A DNA stretch of 64,000 nt from positions 1 through 64,000 of the forward strand of contig JAAOMT010000494.1 of the NCBI GenBank assembly GCA_016748015.1. Direction: 5' to 3'. The position numbers and the translations under genes are program-made. Numbering within the stretch: the stretch's first letter is position 1; each line of letters begins with the position of its first letter. A model generated the notes under the pieces. That model did no database searches, had not been told where the DNA came from, and worked only from the letters and a program-made list of their open reading frames with translations. The stretch is from Geosiphon pyriformis uo1. Its lineage: Eukaryota; Fungi; Glomeromycota. Below, one piece after another: positions 52,859 through 64,000 of the stretch.

Positions 52859-53518
52859 ATGATAGATGTGACAAAAAATATCAGAAAAATGGAAATTACA
52901 GACAACATTCACTTATTAGCACAACAACTCTTTCAATTGATTCAACACCAAGAGATGGAAATTACAATTAATCAACAAACCATCTAATATCAAGACACTA
53001 GAAAGACATCACCACATAAAACACAGAAGAAAACAGAAAATACCATTGACAAAATCATTGCGAAAGTAAAATTAACAATAAAAAAGTTAACAAAAGAGTC
53101 ACTATACCAAGAGTTGACTAAAAAAACTTGGAATTAGTGGATACAACAATTTCCAAGAAACTATTGTTATTTTTACTTGGAACAACATGTGAATATTCAG
53201 AATCTATATATGGATAAAACAAAGCAATTATTTGACACAAGAATACTACAACAATTAGAATATTTTGTGAGAAAGAACAACTTATCTACACAGATCTAAG
53301 CCATATACCGAATACACACAGCATTTCAGGATCGACCAGAAATCTTACTTAACAAAGCAATGGATATGATTACCAGTAATCAATTAGGAAAGATCACCAA
53401 TGCTCAATTTAAAAAATTACAGACTCAAATAACACAAGTAATTCTTGAAAATGAAATTCAGGAAATAGTTCAAGAAGGAGAATTAACAGAGTTAGATTTT
53501 GACAGAGCTCAATATTAA
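52859..53518 (+). pseudogene. extra 220-codon ORF between integrase and PPT, unknown function
   Basis: ATG at 52859 to TAA at 53518 in one frame, with only three internal stops, each explainable by transition. Helical-looking; no obvious signal peptide or transmembrane segment. Confidence 0.65.
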
Positions 53519-53531
53519 AAGAAGGGAATAA

Positions 53532-54402
53532 TGTTACTCATAGAAATATAAGGAATATATATTAGCATAGTTATTAACCAATTAGAAGTAGATGTAGTAA
53601 AATGTGAAATTCCAGGATTCCTCTTAGGAATTGCAGGATTCCAGGAATTACAGGATTCTCACAAGGAATCACAGGATTCCAGAATTCCAGAATTTCTCTC
53701 AAAAGAATTGCAGGATTCCAGAAATCCCAGGATTTCTGTTGTAAAGAATTGAGGAATTGAGGAATCTCAATTATGTATATATAGCAGTAGGATTAGAAGC
53801 TAAAAAGACAGACCTCTCTGTTTAGATTTTATCTAAACAACTTTCCAAACCACAAATAAATAACTGTTTGTTATCTTAAATCTACTGCCCTTATCAACAC
53901 TTCATGTTGATAGTAATTAATACTTAACCACACTGGAACAATAGCTTTTGATTATGGCTATTGACGGAATACTAACTTGCAAATCATCTTGGCTTATTTC
54001 TTTTCTTTCTTTATTTTTTATTTTTTTCTTTATTTCTTGCTTTGATTTTATTGTTGTTTACTAACTCTATTGAGGATTAATGCACGGAGTACTGATGTTA
54101 AGATAAATGTAACTGGTAAAAGACCCAGAAATAAGGGTAGAACACTCAATTGAAGATAGTTTACTAGGAGGAATACCAGCCATCAAGCTGAGAAAAAAAT
54201 TGACAAAACTGCGGTTTTGGAAAGCTACAGATAAAACTATTATCATTGAATCTCTGTCCATTATACAAAAAACTCAACCAAACCCTTCGGATACAAATCT
54301 TTCAGACACAAACCTTCAGATTACTATCAACTGCAACTAGATTTGAGCACCAAGTTACAGGTTTGTTATTTAATCCAATACCAGAAGTAGTCACCTGTAA
54401 CA
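53532..54402 (+). repeat. 3' LTR of copy C
   Basis: TGTTACTCATAG...CCTGTAACA, preceded by the purine tract AAAAGAAGGGAATAA. It carries one extra 17-nt repeat unit relative to the 5' LTR. Confidence 0.95.
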
Positions 54403-57400
54403 ATGTACGTCCAATGCATCCAGCAGACCTTCAAGCTGCAGTTACCAATGCCAGAGATTTTTAAGCAGTTGAACTCGAAGCTAACCATGCCCAAGCCATA
54501 AATCTAGTGATGAATGGATCATCTAAATTGGATTCCAAATTGAAACAATTCAGTAATTCCATTAACCAGAAGCTTGAAAGGTACTTAGCTGACAATTGTG
54601 CAATTTATCAGCCATCCAAATAATGTAATAATTTAGGAATTACAAATTGCCCACAAAATCAGTCACATTCCTCATCATTATCCAATCAGCCATGGCAGCA
54701 AGAGATGCGTATCTGCCACTACTGTAGTAAACAAGAACATTTGAGAATCAATTGTCGGTTAAGAATAGAAAACCAATGATTGAGAGATCAATATTGAAAC
54801 TTTGATTACAGGTTTTCAACTCTAAGATATCAATCAAACACAGAAATATATCAACTAAATTACATACCTATAACACAGCCACAAATTTATTAACTGCCAA
54901 TTTATTAGCCAACAGTACCTGTTATTTATTATCCGCAGCCCCAACCCATTTATCAGCTGCAGCCTCAGGTAATCTATCAGCCACAACAAATTCAAATACC
55001 ACTGCAAAACTTACCTCAAAATAGAACTCAAAGGCCGAGACTAACATAGCAAAGCTGGAGATTGTTGATAGTGGTCTATCAACTGATCTCCAGTTTTATG
55101 GCACAACTATCAAGATCTTGACAATAGAATTTGGGCACTGAGAATGCTTAATACTATTTAAGTCTCCTGATTACTCTAAAAGACACCTCACCCAACAACT
55201 GGGAACTCAACCAACACAAACCACTTATCAACAATATACCTTCAACCACCATAACCAACAACAAATCACTAGACACCATTTTTCTATTTGAATTTGAGAA
55301 AACCACACCAGTTCTATTATTTAGTGGAGCCACTTTTGACACCAAACTGATCACCACCATGTATACTAATATGAAAGTTGATGGTCATGTCATTAAACTG
55401 ATACTAGACAGTAGATCAGCTGGCAGCATTATCACAAGACAACTTATAGACCAATTAGGTCGCCGAGTTGATTGCGCTGCCAGCACCAAGATCATAACCA
55501 CCAATGGAGCAACCAAAACTTCCATTGGTGAGATTGACAACTTCTCTATTAAAGTTAACAGCATAATTGTACCAATCAAGGTACTAGTCATGGAAGCCAC
55601 CCAATACCAAGCACTTATTGGTAATGATTGGCTGTCTAAAGTCAATGTGACACTTGATTGGAGCATGCAAGAGCTTCAACTTAGTCAAAACGAACAACAC
55701 ACATGCATACCTGCTATGTGTAGACACTTCAAGCCCACCACCATGCCACCAGCCCCACTTATCAAATTTGAGGAAGAAGAGAAGAAACCTACCTGGGAAG
55801 CCTACCAAGTTTTTTGGGCTGACACAGAATACAATGAACTGCCACCAGTACTTTTGTGAAACAACAATAGCAAAGGAAAGCAGAAAAAAAAACTTACCTG
55901 GAGTGTCAACTAAGACTGAGAAACCAACCACGATTCAGAAGAACTGACAACTTGGGAATAGAATGAGAGGGAGAAAAGAAAAGAAAAAACAAAGGAAGTA
56001 GAGCCACTACCAACTGCCATTTACACCTCTTACACATATACACCAACACAACAATCGAGCTATTATTAACCAAAGCTAATATGTGTTGATTGTGGCAAGA
56101 AATTGTTGTCAATGGGTGTGTGCTGTAGTGATGATGAGAAATACCAAATGGCAACCAAATTCTACTGCCATGTATGTATCATAAAACACTTTGGACGACC
56201 AAAACAACAAAGAAAATGGGACAACAAATCTTGTCTAGTTTGTGGGAAAACCTTATTCGATGAAGGAATGTGGAATGACATTTCTAAATGAGAAGGAACG
56301 TGCAACACTTCATGCCAATACACAATCCTCATCAGTAATTAGATTAAGAAAGGGACACCAATAGAAACTTCCTAGAAAAAAGCTGTACAGTGATTAGACA
56401 GTTGTCCACATGATGATAACGAGTTATGGAGAATGGCAATAGCCAAGATAGAAGAAGCATTACCTGAGAAAATTAGAGAAATCAAAAACAACCCACCAGA
56501 ACCCATAGAACTTGACTGGAACCCAGAACCAGTCATAAATCTTCTAGATTCAGAACAATTCTATGAATACTACCAGGAACTAGTGTTTACAAGAGAAGAA
56601 CAAGAGCAATACTTGAAACAGTTGAATACTCAATTATGTTAACATTAGTTAATTCCTTGTGACTTTCAATATTGTAATGAGTGTAATCTTATTTACAATC
56701 CACCACTATGCATGATCTACACAATCCCAGAAAAAGACAAACCAATGAGCAGCTGCGCATCAGAATCAGAATCAAATTTTAATCCTGATTTAAACTCCAA
56801 CAATGATAATGACAAAAATAACAGTTTTAGCTCCATTCAAAATGGCAACAAAAATATCAACAATTCAGACTCTGATTCAAATCCCAAAATATACATTGCA
56901 CTTCCTGATCTCTTTAAGGAGCAGGAACTCAAATGGTGTAGTGACAATAATGAAAGTATTATGTCAGAACAGGTGCATAATACTGATGCAGGGTTTGATC
57001 TAAGATATTCAGGGAAGAATGCCATCAAATTGGAACCATATTTACACACATGTATTGATCTTAAAATAGCACTGAAAATTCTAGCAACAACAATGGTCCA
57101 GTTAGCATTTAGGAGTAGTCTAGCAAAAAAAGGAATCAACATCAGAAGAAGAATAATTGATGCAGAATACATAGAAAATATTATTGCTATGCTACAAAAT
57201 GATTCAGAAAAAGTATATATTATAAAGCCAAATGAAAAGATAGCACAGGCAATATTCCTACCTCTGGTGAAAATAGCTTAGTTAGTGTCAGTGGAAAGCA
57301 GAGAGGAATTAGGAATAACAGCAAAAGGAATACAAGAATTCGGATTCACAAGTAGAATAGATGTACCAGTTAATATGGCAGAGGAAGAGATTATTGACAA

Positions 57401-59696
57401 AGGAGAAATTATCTCAACCTGTCAATCAATCTCTATTCCACCATATAACCAGTATATGTTAGTCATAAAAAAAGAAGTAAAAAATCAAGCTCAGTTGTTT
57501 AAAACAGAAGCCACCATTTGCAAATTAGGAGAGATTGGACTTACTAATCTTTACATATCAGCCAAAAGCCCCAAAAACATCAAAATTCCCATCTACAACA
57601 CAACGGGAAATGTTATTGAAATACCAAAAGGAACCATTATTGAATATTTAACCACTAAAGTTGAGGATCAACCACTAAACCATATTCCAAATTTTTCACA
57701 GCTTTGCAGATATGTGGACATCACATCACAAACCATCTATGGACAAAGTGAATATTATCTGCTCCAACCAGAACAATTGGAACAGATAAACATGGGAAAT
57801 CTAGACTCACTTCAACAGATGCAACTAAAAATATTACTCAGCAATTTCAATGACATTTTTGCTAGCAAAAATAAATTTGGTCACACCAACATCATCTAAT
57901 ATCAGATTAAGACTGGAGATACAATGCCAATTAAACAAAGAGCATACAGAGTACCACCAACCAGTCATGAGATCATTTGTCAAGAAATCAATCAGATGCT
58001 TAACAATAGGCTAATTCAGCCATTAATGAGTCTATGGTCATCACCAGTGGTACTAGTCCAAAAAAAAAATGGGAAAATCCACTTTTGTATAGATTACTAG
58101 AAACTAAATGGAGTAACCAAAAGAGACAGCTACCCAACTCCAAAGATTCAAAAACTATTTAATGCTTTTGAAGGAAATAAATGGTTTTCAATACTAGATT
58201 TAAATAGTGGTTACTGGCAAATAGCCATGGATCCAGCCGACAAAGAGAAAACAGCATTTATTACAAGAGAAAAAAATTTTGAATTTAAAGTCATGCTATT
58301 TGGCTTGATAAATGCTCTAGCAACATTTCAACGGCTCATGGAAATTGTCTATACTAGACTACTGTGGAAATCAGTAGTTGTTTACTTAGACAACACAAAT
58401 GTCTTCTCAAAAACATTTGATGATCATCTTCACCATCTTCAACAATTATTTAAAAGACTCAGACAGGCAGAATTGAAATTAAATGCCAACAAATGCTTCT
58501 TTGGAAAAACAGAACTAAAATTTTTGGGACATGTTGTGAGCAAAGATGGCATCAAAACAGATGCAGACAAGATTGAAGTTGTCAAGAACTTTCCAATACC
58601 AAACAATCTCATAGAATTAAGAGCATTTTTAAGATTTACAAGGTGCTATTGCCACTTTATCAAAGACTTTTCTAAACTGGCTCAGCCACTCCACCATTTA
58701 CAAACCAAGAATGTAAAGTATGAATAGACAGAAGCTCAACAAGAAACATTTGACACACTAAGAAAAAAACTTATTCAAGCTCCAGTGTTGATGTATTCAG
58801 ATTACACCAAACCATTCATTATTACTACCAATACATCAGGTCAAGTGTTGGGAGCAGTACTATCACAAAAAAGACCAGATGGAAGAGAACATCTAGTAGC
58901 TTATGCCAGTAGAAGTTTAAGTCCAACTGAAAAGAACTATGGAACACCAGCATTAGAACACTTAGCAATCTATTGGGCAGTTATAAAATGGAAAGAATAC
59001 TTGAGCCAAAAGTTTGAAATATATACAGATTACAAAAGATTGACTTTAATTCAAAAGCAAGAATTTGGAGATGACTGCCATGTCAGATGGAAAATAGAAC
59101 TGTCACCATTAAATTATACAGTATATTATAAAAAAGAAAAAGACAATGGAAATGCTGATGGTTTGTCGCAAATAAGACAAATCTAAAAACACTTCAACCC
59201 AAAAATATAACAAAAGATGAATATACAAAAATACCAACAACTTCAATATTATATAAATACCCAATTGTTTAAAGAGAAATTATCTCAAAAAAAACAAAAC
59301 AACATAAAACAACAATCAAAATATTTTATCAATCATTAAAATATACTTTACCAGAAAAACAGAAGAACTCCAGACCAGCCAACAAGAATAATTACAGAAC
59401 TGGAAAAAGAGGCAATATTGTTCAATATGCACTCAGATCCAACAGCAGAACATTTTTATAAAGAAGCAACCATAGAAAGAACTAGAAAAAGATACTATTG
59501 GCCATCAATGTATCCAGACATTATTTAATATGTTCAAAATTGTGATGCTTGTCAGAAAAGAGGAGGAACAAAACCCAGTGAACTATTAAGACCAATCAAA
59601 GTAGGACAACCATTTGATCACATTGGAATTAACTTAGTATGACCATTAACAATCACCAGCAGAGGCAACAGATATATTGCAGTAGCCATAGACTAC

Positions 59697-60697
59697 ACTT
59701 AAATAGCAATTTACATCCAACACATTTAGAACTGCAATTCCATTTCCAGCCTGGAAAACATCAAACAGATTACCATTCAAAAACAGGTTGCATAAATCAA
59801 GAACACATGTTGTACCAGCCAGAAAGCAATTCTTTGGATTAATCAACAACTTGACTGGAAATCAAAGAGAATATTAGGACATCCAGCTAGCAGTCTGTAG
59901 TCCCATAACTTTATGTTTGTACAAATTGCCAAGAATCTCATTAGCATTGGCAAAATTGACCAAACCAGTCAACAAATTCTCAGCCAGCACTTGCTCAAAA
60001 GTTTTCAGATCATATAACTCAAAATGATACAAAGCTTCATTTGGAAAATTCTTAGGCAGATTGGCTTTGAGCTTAAATTCTTTCCTTAATATTTTGTCCC
60101 ACTTTTCACACACACTTCTTGAAACACAACTGAATTGTAATTTATAGCCAACTATAGACTGCAAAACAGCAAAAACCAAGTACAAAAATTGCTTTTCAGT
60201 GATGGTCTTTCTTAACATCATATTTAAAAAAAACTTGATATTTGAATAAGCTTTGGTTAAGCTTGGCTTAAACAGGCCATCTATTGAGAAAAAAATTCCC
60301 AAATATTGATAAGATTTTTACCTCTTGGCAATTGTGACATTTGAACTACTAATAGACAATGATGCTTTTTTGGTTCTCTAGTTAATAAGAATAGTAACTG
60401 TTTTGTCCATATTGATTAAAAAAAACTTATTTGCAATATTTAGAATTTGTTGTGTAGCCACCATACAATTTCCAACCCAAATAGTATTATTAACAAAAGC
60501 ACCAGCTGTGAAAAAAAATTTTTTGCTATTCTTAGAATTAACTTTACCAGTTTTTATGAAAAATTTCAAATTCAACCTGTAACCACACAATTGTTTGTGT
60601 CTTTTGACCTTATAAAGTAAAGAATTATAAAAAATTCTTCATAGCAGTAGTGAAAAAACTTCTCCTTGATCCAAGCCATTATGAACAATATATCTAT
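59697..60697 (-). mobile_element. internal LINE RT fragment
   Basis: HNGLDQGEVFS, GAFVNNTIW, QYLGIF, LPKNFPNEALYH. Homologous to 38650-39540. Confidence 0.9.
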
Positions 60698-63600
60698 TAT
60701 TACTTATAGAATATAAAAATCATAGTAATATATATAGTAGCCAATTAGAAGTAGACATAGTAAAATATGAAATTCTAGGATTTTTCTCGGAAAAATTACA
60801 GAATTCCAGGAATTACAGAATTTTCATATAAGGAATTGCAAAATTTCAAAAATTTCAGAATTTTTAATAAGAAAAATTAAGGAATTAAGGAATCTTAAAT
60901 ATGTATATATAGCAGTAATATTAGAAGCAAAAAAAACAAACTTTTTAGTTTGAACTTTCCTTCCTATTTATTCCTTAATCACTTCAAGAATAGTTTATAT
61001 TCACTAAAGTAAAATCATCAAATTATTAATAAAATACTTATCTATATCCAATTCATGTTGTTATCATTTGATTAAAAAATATTCATTAAATTCTAACTAT
61101 TAACACTTCATGTTAATAACTGCCAATACTTAACCATGTTGAAACAATAGCTCTTGATCATAACTATTAACAGAATACTAACTTTTCATTGCCTTGGCTT
61201 ATTTTCTTTCTTTTATTTTTCTCTTTTATTGTTGTATACTAATCGATTAAGGATTAAGTGCTAAGTTACTGATGTCAGAATATAGTACTGGTAAAAGACT
61301 CAGAAATAAGAGTAGACATTCAGATTTGAGAATAGCTTACCAGGAGATTACAAGCTACCACATGAGGAAATAATTTGATGAAATTGCAATTCCAGAAAGT
61401 GATAGACAACAAAACACATTAATCTAAGGGTTAATACTTAAAACATTACTAAAGGAAAACAATACTTAAATCTCTGTCAATTATACAAAGAACTCCAACC
61501 AAAACCTTCAGACAACCAAAGCCTTCAGATATTACCAATAAAATCAGCTATTAAGCATTAAGTTACAGATTTGTTATTTGATTTGAAACCACAAATAATC
61601 ATCTGTAATATTTGGTGCTCCTTATAAGATATAATTCTACAGAAAATTAGCATCAACACACAACCAAGTTAAAAGTAACAGAATCAAAAATAATAGGGAC
61701 AAACCATTTAGAATTTGCCAAATTTTTATTTAATACTATAATTAATATTTGGGATTAAACAACAACTATTATCTAATAAAATCAGCCTTTAACTTTTATG
61801 TTAATGAAAAAATCAAAGATTTTCTAGGAGGACCAATTAACATTAAAGCAGCAAAAAAAAATTTCTACACAGAATTAATTCAACATATTAGCTTATCACA
61901 AAATCATAGTTTTGCACTAATTATTTGTGAGATCAATCAAAAAATTGAGAGGTACACTCAATGACAATTTTCTATTACCTATACAAATAAAGGCAAAAAA
62001 AAACTACAAACACCAGTAATAACACTCAAAGGAATACAACTACTCACTTGGAAGAAAATCAGAGTCAAGTTACCAATTAATTTATCATATCACTATATAC
62101 TCAGAAGTGCCATCAACATCTTATTAATAGGCACATCAACATCAAACACGAAATCATCATTAGCTTAACTTCTATTTTAAAGTAAACAAAAAAAAGCAAA
62201 GTTATTGAGAACTTATGGTGATTACTTTGAAAAATTCAAATTGTAATTACCAATGCCATTAGAATTTTGATTACTGTCACCTTAACTAGATTTCAGAACC
62301 ATAAGTCCTTGGAAGATAATAAAATTGAAAGAAGAAAAAGACAACAATCAGAAATTTAATTATCAAAACCTGATCATAGAAAACCTGGAAATTGAAACTC
62401 TGAATATTTAAACTTTGCAAAATCAGAACAATCCAAACCCTGACATTATTAATCAATCCATCTTACCTCCAGTAATTATGATCAATCCTTTACCAGTTCT
62501 ACCAATTGCTGAACAATAACAATAACAGCCACCACTATTAGCTCAGCCACAACCTCAACAACAACCAAATTCACTACAACCACTGATTGCAGCACCCATG
62601 ATTTACATACCAATTACCAAATTGAAAAAATTTACTAATAAAGAGGATAATATACAAGTATGGCTAAACAATGTTGAAAAAACTATTGCAGCCAATAAAT
62701 GGAATAACATCAAAGCACTACAAGCCATACCATATTTTCTACAGGATATTAACAATTCATGATATTAGAGCTTGGCAAATAAACCCCAAGACTTTAATGC
62801 CTTTAAACTTGAGTTTTTAAGATATTTTAGTAATAATAACAGCATCAACTGCTTGGCCAATACATTCATCACTATAAAACAAAAAGATGCCAAAGCAGTT
62901 ACTACTTACTTAGAATGCTTTTATAGAAATCTGCACCAGATCCAAGCAATCAAATCTTGAACCAGTTTATCTGTGGCCTGTGCAGTAGCATCTTCCAACA
63001 TGTATATTCATTACACTTAACTGATTTGCAAGCAGCAGTTACACATGTCAGAAACTTTGAATCAGCTGAACTCAAAACTAATTATGCTCAAGCTATGAAT
63101 CTAGTAATGAACGGATCATCTGAATTGGATTCCAAATTGAAACAATTTACTGATTCAATCAACCAGAAATTGGAAGGGTATTTAGTTAACAACAATCAAA
63201 CAATATATCAATTGCCACAACATTGCAACAATCCTAGAAATTAGCACCAAGATCAGTCATGTCTTATATTATCATCAACTTGACTATTATGGCAACAAAA
63301 GACACATATCTGTCACAATTGTGGTAAACAAGAACATATCAAGATTGACTGTAACACTAGAATTAATAATCACTGATCAGAAAATCAATATTAAAACCCC
63401 AATTACCAATTTTAAACTCTGAATTACCACTTAAGTCAAGATTAATATCAACCCTATTACTTACCAATAACACAGCAAATATACTCATTACTAATTTATT
63501 AGCCTCTAAAATTCATAATATATCAACTATAGTCACAAACTATCTATTAGCCGCAGTCTCAAGTAATCTATTAGCTCCAACAAATTCAAATATCATCATC

Positions 63601-64000
63601 AAACTTAGCTTAATTAGTTATTAGAATCCAAAGGCTGAAAGTCACTCATATTCAACAAAACTGAAGATCAGCAATGATTATGCACCAACTGATTTTCAGT
63701 TCCTTAACTCAATTATTAGAATCATAACAATGGAATTCAAAAACTGGATATATTCAAAATTCAAATTCCCAGAACTATTTAAGTCTTCTGGTTACTTCAG
63801 AAGATGTCACATCCAACAATCTGGAAGCCAACCAAAAGCCACTTACTAGTAATATACCTCTAGCAATCATTATTGAAAATAAATTACTTACAGCCATCTT
63901 TTTCTTCAAACTTAAGAAATTAACAATGCCTCTTTTTAATGGAGCTGCTCTTAATACCAAACTCATCACTGCAATGTATACTAATGCCAAAGTTGATAAC
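60698..64000 (+). mobile_element. Ty3/Gypsy copy D (5' LTR 60698-61610, PBS, gag), running off the window
   Basis: LTR termini TATTACTTAT/ATCTGTAATA, PBS TGGTGCTCC at 61613, gag fragments, CHNCGKQEH knuckle at about 63311. Confidence 0.92.

Larger units (their letters stand above)
44190..54402 (+). mobile_element. complete Ty3/Gypsy copy C (10.2 kb) nested in gag of copy B
   Basis: LTRs 44190-45043 and 53532-54402, PBS 45046-45062, PPT about 53517-53531. Flanks ACAT/ATGT are consistent with a decayed 4-bp TSD ACGT. Confidence 0.96.
40922..59696 (+). mobile_element. Ty3/Gypsy copy B (outer), split by a solo LTR and by copy C; truncated in integrase
   Basis: LTR 40922-42746 followed by a PBS. 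Gag 42810-44189 resumes in register at 54403 (SSILQ-YVRPMHP). Then protease 55359, dUTPase about 56960-57360, RT 58227, RNase H 58785, integrase from 59217. Joins LINE sequence at about 59697. Confidence 0.92.

Noticed and set aside
44190-54402. Alternative genetic code or programmed readthrough to explain the many in-frame stops
   Set aside because: Stop positions differ between copies and host genes use standard stops, so they are mutations. The exception is the shared pair before integrase, reported as a finding.

Overview
Eukaryotic, intron-rich fungal DNA, most consistent with an early-diverging fungus (Glomeromycota/Mucoromycota-like; the decayed retroelement peptides remind me of Geosiphon, unverified). 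A CpG-retaining gene island of about 15 kb (14.5-29 kb) holds five spliced genes: BMT5/DUF2431, BCKDHB, complex I 20.9-kDa NUXM subunit, CAF-1 large subunit and LUC7. It also holds a decayed Fanzor2/TnpB-type RNA-guided nuclease gene with a duplicated structured motif (24.8-26.2 kb). Both flanks are nested retrotransposon graveyards. They contain four copies of a Ty3/Gypsy family that carries a Cys-rich domain plus dUTPase between protease and RT, one of them complete at 44190-54402 and nested inside another. They also contain two other LTR families, five pieces of an APE-RT-RNase H LINE, and very AT-rich 'ghost' tracts that still decode as transposons. The repeats are being erased by C>T/G>A transitions (CpG first, many non-CpG as well) with almost no indels. 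Top leads: the Fanzor2-like locus and its repeat, the repeat-restricted hypermutation, the unusual Gypsy architecture (Cys domain, dUTPase, stop-separated integrase, extra 3' ORF), a hairpin-loop inversion between sister LTRs, and the GC-AG intron plus 7-nt microexon of LUC7. All coordinates were read by hand; nothing was searched against databases.
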